This document shows positions 18,628 to 28,001 of a stretch of 64,000 nt of DNA, piece after piece; position 1 is the first letter of the stretch; each line of letters starts with the position of its first letter. The position numbers were made by a program, and so were the translations under genes. Source of the stretch: an uncultured delta proteobacterium (lineage in GTDB: Bacteria > Desulfobacterota > Desulfobacteria > Desulfobacterales > QNYZ01); assembly GCA_963783425.1 (NCBI GenBank), contig CAWANO010000012.1, positions 38,251 to 102,250 of the forward strand, in the 5' to 3' direction. Below the pieces are notes generated by a model. That model was not told the origin of the DNA and did not search any database. It saw only the letters and a program-made list of their open reading frames with translations.

Positions 18628-19587
18628 TCAGGCCACCTTTCCGAGCGCTTTGGGTCTGATTTTGTCGAGCAAGGGATTGAGGGTATTGATCAGCAGAATC
18701 GCCAGAATGACCCCATCGACCCAGGCACCGATATTGCGGATCAGAACGGTCATTATGCCGCCGGCGGCACCGTAAATCAGCATGGGTACAAAATGAACCG
18801 GTGACGAGGAGTCCTCGGTGGCCAGGAAAAAGGCCCCGATCAGGGTGTATCCGGTGAACAGGTGAAAGAGCGGGTTGGCGTAGTGTTGTGGGTCGACACC
18901 GTAAAAAACCATGGCGGTAATGAAAACGCCCGCCAGAAACGACAAGGCAATCTCCCAGCGGATGTAGGCGCGCAGCATCAGATAGATGCCGCCCACGATC
19001 AACCCCAACCCGAAGGTGGCGCCGATACCGCCTACCTGCTGTCCCAACAGCAGCTGGCCGGTATGATAGGGCTCGATGGCCTCAACGCCCATATATTTGA
19101 GCTGGGCCAGTGGGTAGAGGGCCGCAAAGCCGAAGTCGTAGTTGACCAGCATGGCGTCGAAATCGAGGTAGCCGCTCCATGAGACCGTTAAAATGGCCAC
19201 CGACAGGGCCACCGGGTTGAAGGGGTTGCTGCCGATACCGCCGAAAATCATTTTACCGATCACGATGGCGATGAAGGTGCCCGTCAGCACGAACCACCAT
19301 GGCACCGTGGCTGGCAGCAGCATGGCAAAGAGCAGGCCGATGAGCGCCGCGCTGCCGTCACCGATGGTGACCGGCCGTTTCATCAGGCGGTTCATCAGCC
19401 ATTCCCATCCGATTGCGGTGGCGATGGAGAGCGATATCACCCCCACGGCGGGCATGCCGAATTGAAAGCATCCGAAAATAGCCGCCGGCAGGGCCGCCAG
19501 GAAAATTTGATAGTGTCGCTCAACGAGGTTGGCGCCGTTATGCCAAAACGGGGCGTTGGATACGATTAGTTTCTTGGGGCTATTCAT
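18628..19587 (-). CDS. rnfD: Rnf complex subunit D
   Basis: KMIFGGIGSNPFNP, GAFFLATE..SSP, PLLDK; operon position. Confidence 0.93.
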   Translation of the reverse strand: MNSPKKLIVSNAPFWHNGANLVERHYQIFLAALPAAIFGCFQFGMPAVGVISLSIATAIGWEWLMNRLMKRPVTIGDGSAALIGLLFAMLLPATVPWWFVLTGTFIAIVIGKMIFGGIGSNPFNPVALSVAILTVSWSGYLDFDAMLVNYDFGFAALYPLAQLKYMGVEAIEPYHTGQLLLGQQVGGIGATFGLGLIVGGIYLMLRAYIRWEIALSFLAGVFITAMVFYGVDPQHYANPLFHLFTGYTLIGAFFLATEDSSSPVHFVPMLIYGAAGGIMTVLIRNIGAWVDGVILAILLINTLNPLLDKIRPKALGKVA

Positions 19588-20881
19588 CGGTTTCCTTTGC
19601 TTCTTCTTCTTCTTGGGCTTCGGAACTCAGCCGCTTCAGTTCGTATTTTCCCAACTGGATATATTGAAGAATCGGAATCTTGGAGACGCACACGGCGCTG
19701 CACAGACCACAATCCAGGCACGAGAGCAGATCATACAGGTCCACGGCGTCCTGATACTGCCCGGCTTCGAGCAGCCGCACCAGCATGTTGACGGAAATGT
19801 TGGCTGGGCAGACCGGGATGCATTCGCCGCAGTTGATGCAAGGGTAATCGGTGGTGTAGGGGATGTCGCCCGTATCCTGGACCATGATGGCGTCGGTATC
19901 GGCCTGGACGGGATAGCGCGGGGTGTAGATGGCCTTGCCGCGCATGGGGCCGCCCAAAACCAGGCGGTCTTTTTCGTTGAGGGTGACGCCGAAGGCCTTG
20001 AGAACATCGCCCACGGCGGTGCCCAGGCGCACTGAGACCAACCGGCAGGTGCCTTGTTTATCGATAAACGTGAGGGTTTTCATGGTGGGCACGGCACTGG
20101 ACGCATAGGCTTTGCCCAGGGACACCACGGCTTCGGCGCTGAAAAAGCTGACACCCTCATCCTGCCAGGGTTTTCCGGCCGGCAGGTCGATTCCCAACAC
20201 ATTACGCACCACCAACTCGGGTGCCGCTGCGGGATATTGTTGATCCACGGCCATCACTTCGGCATCGATGTGGCCGAAGTTCTGGACACTGTCGCGCAGC
20301 ACTACCAGCACCACGCGTTCAATATCGGTCAGCTGCCGCAGGGCGACAATGCCTTTTTGGAGCGCCTTGAACTCGGTCTGCATCACGTATTGCTGGGTGC
20401 CGACCAGAAGATCCTGGTCCACGCCCAATACGACTACGGTGTGAATGGGCACCTCGGGGTCGGCCAGCTCGCCCAGTGGGGGTAGGCCGGGGATATGCGA
20501 CAGGTAGTGCCTGGCCGTTTCTAAATCGGGTGATTCTGTGGTGGCGGCGAAGGCGTCGTCGACCGGATCGTCGATGTCCACATCGATGGTTACAGCCGTG
20601 TAGCTGCGGCCGAAATCGCCCTGAAAATCGGTCACCGCCGATATCGCACCGGCCACCGTGCTAGTGCGGTTGGCCCCGGGATCGTCGACCAATTCAAGCC
20701 ACTGCCCGGTTTTGACCTGATCCCCGGGTTTCAAGTGAACCGCGCCGGTGTGGGTAAAAGGGGTGTCGAAAAAGAGGGTGGCCTGTTGGGGAAGGGCAAT
20801 TTGGCGGATCTGATCAGGTTTCGGTAGCGCTGTGTAGCGTATCCAGGGCTTTGTTAAACCAATAAAAGGTCGTTTCAGCAT
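19580..20881 (-). CDS. rnfC: Rnf complex subunit C (divergent)
   Basis: N-terminal barrel-sandwich region, YPAA, GGPMRG, CINCGECIPVCP and CLDCGLCSAVC. Confidence 0.88.
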   Translation of the reverse strand: MLKRPFIGLTKPWIRYTALPKPDQIRQIALPQQATLFFDTPFTHTGAVHLKPGDQVKTGQWLELVDDPGANRTSTVAGAISAVTDFQGDFGRSYTAVTIDVDIDDPVDDAFAATTESPDLETARHYLSHIPGLPPLGELADPEVPIHTVVVLGVDQDLLVGTQQYVMQTEFKALQKGIVALRQLTDIERVVLVVLRDSVQNFGHIDAEVMAVDQQYPAAAPELVVRNVLGIDLPAGKPWQDEGVSFFSAEAVVSLGKAYASSAVPTMKTLTFIDKQGTCRLVSVRLGTAVGDVLKAFGVTLNEKDRLVLGGPMRGKAIYTPRYPVQADTDAIMVQDTGDIPYTTDYPCINCGECIPVCPANISVNMLVRLLEAGQYQDAVDLYDLLSCLDCGLCSAVCVSKIPILQYIQLGKYELKRLSSEAQEEEEAKETDE

Positions 20882-20985
20882 TCCGTTTCCTTTTTGCCTT
20901 TACCTGATGTTGCCGGTCACCAGGTGCGGTGCACTATGCGTATCAGCGGTGTCGCTCATCTCCATTGAAATCGAACATCGGTGCT

Positions 20986-21414
20986 TTAAAGCACATGGCA
21001 CTGCGCGCAATCCAGGGGACCGGCACCGAACTCCTTGTGGCATACAATACACTGACCGTGGAAGGCGTCGCCGCGCTTGATCATCTCGAAATCCTCGACT
21101 TCGGATTCATCGTGACAGTCCAAACAGGTTTCCGGCACGGGATCGGTGTCGCCAGGGGTGTGACAATCGCCGCAGGCGACATATTGATCGGTATCCGGGG
21201 GGTGGTGATGACAATCGTTACATGAAAGGGCGTAGCCAGTGTCAGCCGTATGGGTTTTATGATCGAAGAGCACTTTGCCGGCGGTGGTGTGGAGCATCAT
21301 GCGCACGGGAACATCGGGCTTTTGGTTGGAGAAAAAGGCATAGGCGCCGACGCCGACAAAGAGGAGGTATACGGCCAAGCCAATGGCGATCTTGATCTGC
21401 AGTTTCGAAGCCAT
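20986..21414 (-). CDS. Membrane-anchored cytochrome c3-like multiheme cytochrome (5 CxxCH)
   Basis: N-terminal TM helix; VLFDHKTH; CNDCH, CGDCH, CLDCH, CIVCH, CAQCH; first gene of the rnf operon. Confidence 0.92.
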   Translation of the reverse strand: MASKLQIKIAIGLAVYLLFVGVGAYAFFSNQKPDVPVRMMLHTTAGKVLFDHKTHTADTGYALSCNDCHHHPPDTDQYVACGDCHTPGDTDPVPETCLDCHDESEVEDFEMIKRGDAFHGQCIVCHKEFGAGPLDCAQCHVL

Positions 21415-21560
21415 TCGTTTTGCAGTCCTTTCAATAAATCAGGTCAAGAGCCGAACAAATGACGGCCCCGGTAAGTGTCGGGGCCTGATCAGCGCGGCGT
21501 CGCAGACGTTCGCTGGGTGCCATCAGCCGCTTCGGCCGAATTCCACCCCAATGTAAGTAA

Positions 21561-21576
21561 AGCTACGTGCGTGCCA
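21561..21576 (-). promoter_or_regulatory. Candidate sigma54 (-24/-12) promoter of the cytochrome-rnf operon
   Basis: Minus strand TGGCACGCACGTAGCT has GG-N10-GC spacing, ~150 bp upstream of the cytochrome start. Confidence 0.55.
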
Positions 21577-21899
21577 CGATGATTGCGGTTGGGACTTCAA
21601 ATCAATCACAGCATTGATCCCAGATTTTGCCCAACCCGAAGAATGACGGCGATGTAAACGCTCAAAGGCGGTTTGCGGTCTTGCTTTTGAGACCGGTGCG
21701 CCGTGGTTACAACCCGGAGCATACCTTCTTTACAGAGGCCGTCAAGGTTAACTTTGCTAACACAATGCGATGGGGCTTTCAAGGATTTTTTAGGCGCCCA
21801 TTTTATGGAAGAATTGCACCCTTGGTCCCATTGGGCGAGTGCCGTGAGTGCTTTGGTCGTGCCAGGCCAAACGCGGGTGGCAGATCAGCGGGGGTTGGA

Positions 21900-23570
21900 T
21901 CAGATTTCCATGGCGCGCTGGTATTCCCTAACCAACAGACTCTTTTTGACCCCTGTGTCGATAAAATCCCATGGCAGCCGTTCATCCAGCGCGCGGGGCC
22001 GGGTGGTGTAGAAGGCGGCCCGGGCGCTGGCGTATTGCCCCAGGTGGCGCCAGTTGCCGCTGGTGGTGACGGTCTGATCGAGAAGGTCAGCCAGTCGGCG
22101 ATCACCGCGCGCCAACAGGGCCTGATAGGCCGCTTCGCGCTGGCTGCCGGCCAGCAACTGGAGGTTGGGCACCGGCGCCAACGACTTTTTAACATGGGAG
22201 ATTCTCTGCTTAAGCTCAGAGGCGGTGGCCATACCCACCCATTGAAAGGGGGTGGCCGGTTTGGGGACGAAACAGTTGAGGCTGATGGTAATCGTGCCCA
22301 TGCGTCCCTGTGGGCGGCTGGCTGCCACGAACACCTCGCGGATGGCCAAGGTCAGCTCAATGATCGCATCAACATCGGCCATGGTCTCGGTGGGCAGCCC
22401 TACCATATAATATAGGCGCAGGTTTAACACTCCGGCGGTGATCAACGATTCCGCGGCTGATAGGATCTGGGCTTCGGTGAGCCCTTTTTTGATCACCCGG
22501 CGCATACGCTCGGAGCCCGCATCGGGGGCTATGGTGGCGGTTTTGGTGCCGCTGGCGGCGATGGTTGCGGCCAGGCGTGGCGTGAGGGCATCGGCCCGAA
22601 GCGAGCTGAAGGCCAGGGAGATGTGTTGCCCGTCGGCCAAGTTGCAGAGGCTTTCAAGATTGGGCAGGTCGGTTACGGCCGCGCCCACCAACCCGATGCG
22701 ACGGGTCAGGCGGGCGCCTTCGCGCAGGCATTGTGCGAGCAGGTCGGGGTCGCGAAAACGAACCGGCCGGTAGATGTAGCCGGCGCTGCAAAAGCGACAG
22801 CCATGGGGGCAGCCGCGCCCCACCTCCACCAGATAGGCGCTGTCAAATGCGGTCTGGCCGGACACCACCGTGGTGCAGGTGGGTTGCCGGGCGATGTCGG
22901 AGGCCTTGACCAGCGTGATGCGCGGGGGCACATCGGCCATCGCCTCAAAGCCCGTCAGGCACCCATCGCTGTCGTATGCAGGCTGGTAGGCGTCCGGTAC
23001 ATAAACCCCCGCCACGTGGCGCGCAAGGGATTGCAAATGGCGCCGGCGCGGGGTGTGGGGATCGTAGCGCGCCATGAAAGCGGGCAGCATCTGTTCGGCC
23101 TCGCCCAGCAAAAAACAGTCGATGAAGGCGGCCAGGGGCTCTGGATTCAAAAAGCAGGCCACCCCACCTGCCATCACGAGGGGGTGGGGGGCCTCTCGTT
23201 GGGCGGTGCGCAGGGGGATGCCTGCTTTTTGTAAAACGAAAAGAAGGTTCAGATAATCGTTTTCAAATGAGACCGAAAAGGCGACGATGTCAAACTGGCG
23301 CAATGACCGGCCGCTTTCCATGGAAACCAGCGGGGGCTCTTGCTTGGGGTCGTAAAAAAAGCGTTCACACAGCACCCCTGGTAAATCGTTGAGCAGACGG
23401 TACACCGTTTGAAATCCCAAATTGGCCATTCCCGCGACATAGGTATTGGGGTAGACCAGAGCGACGCGTCGCCGCCCACGCCACTGCTTGCGCACAACGC
23501 CGTGTTCGCGGGTGGGGGTATGCGAACCCGGCGAGTGACTTCGACCTCGAAAGGGGCGGTTTGGGGTCAT
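21900..23570 (-). CDS. Radical SAM protein with N-terminal B12-binding-like domain
   Basis: EVGRGCPHGCRFC (CxxxCxxC); YPNTY..GM.NLGF; NPEP; FVPKPATPFQW. Confidence 0.88.
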   Translation of the reverse strand: MTPNRPFRGRSHSPGSHTPTREHGVVRKQWRGRRRVALVYPNTYVAGMANLGFQTVYRLLNDLPGVLCERFFYDPKQEPPLVSMESGRSLRQFDIVAFSVSFENDYLNLLFVLQKAGIPLRTAQREAPHPLVMAGGVACFLNPEPLAAFIDCFLLGEAEQMLPAFMARYDPHTPRRRHLQSLARHVAGVYVPDAYQPAYDSDGCLTGFEAMADVPPRITLVKASDIARQPTCTTVVSGQTAFDSAYLVEVGRGCPHGCRFCSAGYIYRPVRFRDPDLLAQCLREGARLTRRIGLVGAAVTDLPNLESLCNLADGQHISLAFSSLRADALTPRLAATIAASGTKTATIAPDAGSERMRRVIKKGLTEAQILSAAESLITAGVLNLRLYYMVGLPTETMADVDAIIELTLAIREVFVAASRPQGRMGTITISLNCFVPKPATPFQWVGMATASELKQRISHVKKSLAPVPNLQLLAGSQREAAYQALLARGDRRLADLLDQTVTTSGNWRHLGQYASARAAFYTTRPRALDERLPWDFIDTGVKKSLLVREYQRAMEI

Positions 23571-23685
23571 GGTCGCGACTTTTCGTGTCGGTCAATGGTG
23601 ACAGCATGACGGTCTACGCCTACGATTGCAGCTCGATCGCTAATTGACAGAAACAAAACCGATCAACGCTTGCCAAACGCGCCAA

Positions 23686-24903
23686 TCAATCGGCACCACG
23701 ACGCAGAAAGGTAGGGATTTCAAGATCCTCCTGGTCGACCACCAAGCCTTTGTGGCGAATGATACGGCCATCTTCGGCACGCTCGTTTTTCGGTTCGTGC
23801 TTGAACATGTCGGGCTCGTTGGCCTGCCGGCTGTTGCGGATATCCTCATCGGTGATGTCGCGCAACGTGCCGCGTGGTTCGAACTGGCGCACCTTGAAGC
23901 TGGTCTCTATATCCAACGGATTGTTCGCTTCCTGACAGTTGGCGCCGATGCCAGTAGCGATCACCGTCACCCGCAGCTCGTCGCCCAGGCTGTCGTCGAT
24001 GGCCGTGCCCCAGAAGATTTCAGCGTCGTCGCCCACCTCATCGTGGATGCGGTCGGATGCGTCGGCCGCTTCTTCCATGGTCAGGTCGCTGTTGCTGGCG
24101 ATATTGAGCAACACGCCCTTGGCGCCCGATATCGAGCAATCTTCCAGCAGCGGGTGCGAGATGGCCTTGGCGGCTGCATCCACGGCTCGGTTTTCGCCGC
24201 TGGAAACACCGATGCCCATGATGGCCATGCCAGCTTTACTCATAGCGGTCTTGATGTCGGCGAAATCGAGGTTGACCAAACCGGGCATCATGATCAGGTC
24301 AGTGATTCCGCGCACCGAGTTTAGTAGAATCTCATCGGCGCGTTTGAACATGTCGATCAAACGAGCGTTTTTGGGTGCCAGACCGCGCAGCCGGTCGTTG
24401 GGTATGGTAATGACCGTATCGCAGACCTGTTTGAGTTCTTCGATGCCCTTTTCGGCCATTTTCATGCGGCGCGCGCCTTCGAAGGAGAAGGGCTTGGAAA
24501 CCACCGCAACCGTCAAAGCTCCCAGGTCGCGGCTGGCTTCGGCCACCACCGGCGCCGCGCCGGTGCCTGTGCCGCCGCCGAATCCGGCCGTGATAAAGAC
24601 CATGTGGCTGTCCTGAAGCGTGGTCTTGATCTCCTCGAAACTCTCCAGGGCCGCCTCGCGTCCCATTTCGGGATTGGCGCCGGCGCCCAACCCCTCGGTC
24701 AACTGGCGTCCCATCTGAATCTTCACCGACGCCTGAGAGGTTTGGAGGGCCTGTGAATCGGTGTTGGCTGCGATGAACTGGACCCCGTGCAACTGCTGGT
24801 CGATCATGTTGTTGATGGCGTTCCCGCCGGCGCCGCCCACACCGATAACTTTGATCTTAGCCCCGGCTTCGGTATCAACATTCTGGATTAATGTAAATGC
24901 CAT
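23686..24903 (-). CDS. ftsZ: Cell division protein FtsZ
   Basis: GVGGAGGNA, GGGTGTG tubulin signature, NLDFAD, C-terminal LEIPTFLRR; ATG 24903 after GGAGG. Confidence 0.98.
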   Translation of the reverse strand: MAFTLIQNVDTEAGAKIKVIGVGGAGGNAINNMIDQQLHGVQFIAANTDSQALQTSQASVKIQMGRQLTEGLGAGANPEMGREAALESFEEIKTTLQDSHMVFITAGFGGGTGTGAAPVVAEASRDLGALTVAVVSKPFSFEGARRMKMAEKGIEELKQVCDTVITIPNDRLRGLAPKNARLIDMFKRADEILLNSVRGITDLIMMPGLVNLDFADIKTAMSKAGMAIMGIGVSSGENRAVDAAAKAISHPLLEDCSISGAKGVLLNIASNSDLTMEEAADASDRIHDEVGDDAEIFWGTAIDDSLGDELRVTVIATGIGANCQEANNPLDIETSFKVRQFEPRGTLRDITDEDIRNSRQANEPDMFKHEPKNERAEDGRIIRHKGLVVDQEDLEIPTFLRRGAD

Positions 24904-24965
24904 TTCCCCACCTCCTTGAGTCATTAAATGTGTTTTGGTTGATCCCCTGATGTGGTCCTTGCCTG

Positions 24966-26204
24966 CTAAACGACCTCCTTGAACCACTTTTTCATCTGCG
25001 CCATGACACGATAGAAGATGTTTTTATCATGCGCCCGGAACCGTTTGGCGCCGATGCTGCGCTGCTGCTGCGCCCCATAGGTCACCAGCCCCACGCCAGT
25101 GGCATACATGGGGTGATTGACGATGTCCGACAAACCAGAGATTCTCACGGGTTTGCCCAGCCGGGCGGGCATCTTGAACACCGCCTCGGCCACGTCGGTG
25201 GCGCCTTCGAGCATGGCGCCGCCGCCGGTAAGTACCACCCCCGAGCCGATTACATGTTCCAACTGGCGCTGCTGGATCTCCTGATGGATGAGCGCCAGTA
25301 CCTCCTCCATGCGCGGCTGCAAAATCTCGCCCAGGATTTGACGGGGCAGCTTGCGCGGTGGCCGGCCGCCCAAGCCCGGTACCTCGATGTTCTCGTCGGG
25401 GTGGATGCGATCGGTCAAACAGCAACCGAAGCGTTCTTTTAGGCGTTCGGCCTCGGCCAGCGGGGCGCGCAGGCCGATGGCGATATCGTTGGTGAAATTG
25501 CTGCCGCCAAGAGCCAGCACGAAGGTGTACTTGATGTGGTTGCCCGAGAAAATGGCCAGGTCGGTGGTGCCGCCGCCGATGTCGATCAGGGCCACGCCCA
25601 GGGCCTTTTCCTCCTCGGTCAGTACGGCTCGTCCCGACGCCAGAGACTCGAGCGCGATTTCGCAGACGTCCAGTCCGGCCCGATTGGCGCACTTGACGAT
25701 GTTACGGGCCGAGGTCACCGCCCCTGTGACGATGTGGATCTTGGCCTCCAGGCGGATGCCCGACATGCCCACCGGGTTCTGAATGCCGTCCTGATCGTCG
25801 ACGATAAACTCCTGGGGCAGAACATGGATTACCTCGCGGTCCATGGGGATAGAGACGGCTCGCGCTGCCTCGATGACGCGGTTCACATCGTGTTGGGTGA
25901 TTTCGTTGCCTTTGACTGCAATTATACCTCGGCTGTTGATACTGGTGATATGGCCACCAGCGATGCCGGCGTAGACCGAAGAGATTTCGACCCCGGCCAT
26001 CATTTCGGCTTCTTCCACAGCTTTTTTGATCGACTCGACGGTCGATTCAATATTGACAACCACGCCCTTGCGCAGGCCAATGGAGGGGTGGGTGCCGATA
26101 CCGATGATGTTGATGTCCCGGCCGTAGATCTCACCCACGATACAACCGATTTTGGTTGTGCCGATGTCGAGCCCAACGATAATGTCTCCACGACCCTCCA
26201 TCAT
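24966..26204 (-). CDS. ftsA: Cell division protein FtsA
   Basis: GLDIGTTK, DIGGGTTD, VLTGGGA, YATGVGL, C-terminal amphipathic helix. Confidence 0.98.
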   Translation of the reverse strand: MMEGRGDIIVGLDIGTTKIGCIVGEIYGRDINIIGIGTHPSIGLRKGVVVNIESTVESIKKAVEEAEMMAGVEISSVYAGIAGGHITSINSRGIIAVKGNEITQHDVNRVIEAARAVSIPMDREVIHVLPQEFIVDDQDGIQNPVGMSGIRLEAKIHIVTGAVTSARNIVKCANRAGLDVCEIALESLASGRAVLTEEEKALGVALIDIGGGTTDLAIFSGNHIKYTFVLALGGSNFTNDIAIGLRAPLAEAERLKERFGCCLTDRIHPDENIEVPGLGGRPPRKLPRQILGEILQPRMEEVLALIHQEIQQRQLEHVIGSGVVLTGGGAMLEGATDVAEAVFKMPARLGKPVRISGLSDIVNHPMYATGVGLVTYGAQQQRSIGAKRFRAHDKNIFYRVMAQMKKWFKEVV

Positions 26205-27046
26205 TAGGCCTCCTTGCTTTCATCTGCAGGCTCCGCCGACAAGGGATTGACCACGATCCTTTCGGTGTCGTTAAGGTCGATCCACTCGATGCCGGGAACC
26301 GATTCATTGAGTGTCAAATAGTCGATTACCTGGACCAACCGCCGATACTTGAGGGGGTAGTCGTCGTAACCCAGCCGAATCACCAGATTGCGGTCAAACG
26401 CCAGCAGGCTAAGACCCATGTCCGTGTCCACGGCCACATGTTTGAGCTGGTTGTTGGGCAACGGGCTGTCAGGAGAGCGCCCCAGCGTGAGCACCGCCTG
26501 TACGGCCTGGTAGGCGCGGCTGGTGGTCTGGCCCTCTACGGGCAGGTCGGCATAGGCTAGACCGCTGACCAACGGCAACCCCTGAGGATCGTCGGCGCCG
26601 AATTTTTTAAATATCTCTCCCGCGGTGTTGATGAGAAATCTATCGCCCATTTCAAAGACAGCCAGGGGCTGATGCTCCTCGATGGTCACGATGATGGTAT
26701 CGGGAAACTCGCGGCGCACACGCGCCTCCGATATCCAGGGGTGCGCCAGTAGCCGCTTGCGTACCAGGGGGAGGTTGACGGCCAGAATATTCTTGTTGAG
26801 CCGCAGTTGCCCCTGGGCCAGCAGTTCGGTGTGCGAAACGCGCTCGGTGCCGCTGATTTTGATCTCCCGGGCGTCGAAATAGGCCCACTGGGTGAAGAAG
26901 TCGTGGACGAACATGCCCAGAATGCTCAGTACCCCCAGAAACAGCAGCGCGGCAACGCCAAGCGTGGTCAGTCGTATCTGCCGGTAGAGGACTACCCGTC
27001 GCTTTTTGCCCTTCTTTATAAAATGATTCTTACGCATGACGCTCAT
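26204..27046 (-). CDS. ftsQ: Cell division protein FtsQ/DivIB
   Basis: Basic N-tail, one TM helix, POTRA (HPWI..A.VRREFPDTI), dcw position. Confidence 0.92.
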   Translation of the reverse strand: MSVMRKNHFIKKGKKRRVVLYRQIRLTTLGVAALLFLGVLSILGMFVHDFFTQWAYFDAREIKISGTERVSHTELLAQGQLRLNKNILAVNLPLVRKRLLAHPWISEARVRREFPDTIIVTIEEHQPLAVFEMGDRFLINTAGEIFKKFGADDPQGLPLVSGLAYADLPVEGQTTSRAYQAVQAVLTLGRSPDSPLPNNQLKHVAVDTDMGLSLLAFDRNLVIRLGYDDYPLKYRRLVQVIDYLTLNESVPGIEWIDLNDTERIVVNPLSAEPADESKEA

Positions 27047-27974
27047 CTCCCAGGATCACCACTTCGGGTTCAAGCTCTACGCCGAACCGTTCGGCCACGG
27101 TGGTTTCGATCAGCCGTTTTAGGGCCAGGACGTCGTCGGCGCTGGCCCCGCCTCGGTTGAGAATGAAATTGGCATGCTGTCCGCTGATCTCGGCTTGGCC
27201 GATGCGTTTGCCTTTGAGGCCGGCTTGGTCGATCAAACGACCGGCCGGCGTCTGGGACGACGGATTTTTGAAAAAGCAGCCGGCGCTGGCCGCGGTTGGC
27301 TGGCGACGCTTGCGAACCAGCACCCATTGCCGGGCGGCGCGCTTCAGGTTTTCTTTATCCGTCGTTTGCAATCTGAATGTTCCTTCCACGATGATACTGT
27401 CCTTGGGCCAATGGGTGCGGCGATAGTTCCAAGGGATGCTGCCGGCCGCGATGGTCAAGCGTTGGGCCTGCCGATCGAGCAGGGTCACCTTGCGCACCAC
27501 TTCGGCCATGCAGCCTCCGGCGCTGCCGGCATTCATGCGAATGGCGCCGCCCACGTTGCCGGGAATACCCAGCGCGAAGTTCAGGCCGCCCCAGCCGTTA
27601 GCCAGGGCCAGCCGGCACAGGGCCGGCAGGGGCAATCCCGCCTGGGCCGTCACCGTGACGGCGCCCGCCGGTTCATCCGCCCCGATGGCGACCTTGCGCA
27701 TGTGCGGCCCAAGGCTGATGACGATGCCGCGAATACCGCCATCTCGAACCAGGAGGTTGCTGCCGTTGCCCACGATTGTCCATGGCAAGCCGCGTCGGTT
27801 GGCCCCTTGGACCAGAAGGCTCAGCTCATCAAGGCCGGCAACCATGGCGTAGGCATCCGCTGGTCCACCGATCCGGAAAGTGGTGCGGCGCCGCATTGGT
27901 TCATCGAAGTGAACCCTTGCGCCCAGAAGATGCCGCAGCCAGCTTCCATCGTCAGCACTGATGAGAGACATCAT
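27030..27974 (-). CDS. murB: UDP-N-acetylmuramate dehydrogenase
   Basis: TTFRIGGPA, GNGSNLLVRD, GIPGNVGGAIRMNAG, SAGCFFKNP, HANFI. Confidence 0.96.
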   Translation of the reverse strand: MMSLISADDGSWLRHLLGARVHFDEPMRRRTTFRIGGPADAYAMVAGLDELSLLVQGANRRGLPWTIVGNGSNLLVRDGGIRGIVISLGPHMRKVAIGADEPAGAVTVTAQAGLPLPALCRLALANGWGGLNFALGIPGNVGGAIRMNAGSAGGCMAEVVRKVTLLDRQAQRLTIAAGSIPWNYRRTHWPKDSIIVEGTFRLQTTDKENLKRAARQWVLVRKRRQPTAASAGCFFKNPSSQTPAGRLIDQAGLKGKRIGQAEISGQHANFILNRGGASADDVLALKRLIETTVAERFGVELEPEVVILGDERHA

Positions 27975-28001
27975 GTAAAAGATCCGTTTTCGTTTGCCGC
28001 G

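Noticed and set aside
21627-22415. 262-aa plus-strand ORF
   Set aside because: Mostly antisense to the radical SAM gene; no recognisable domain.
26204-27974. No ddl between murB and ftsQ
   Set aside because: ddl position in dcw clusters varies; it is probably elsewhere.
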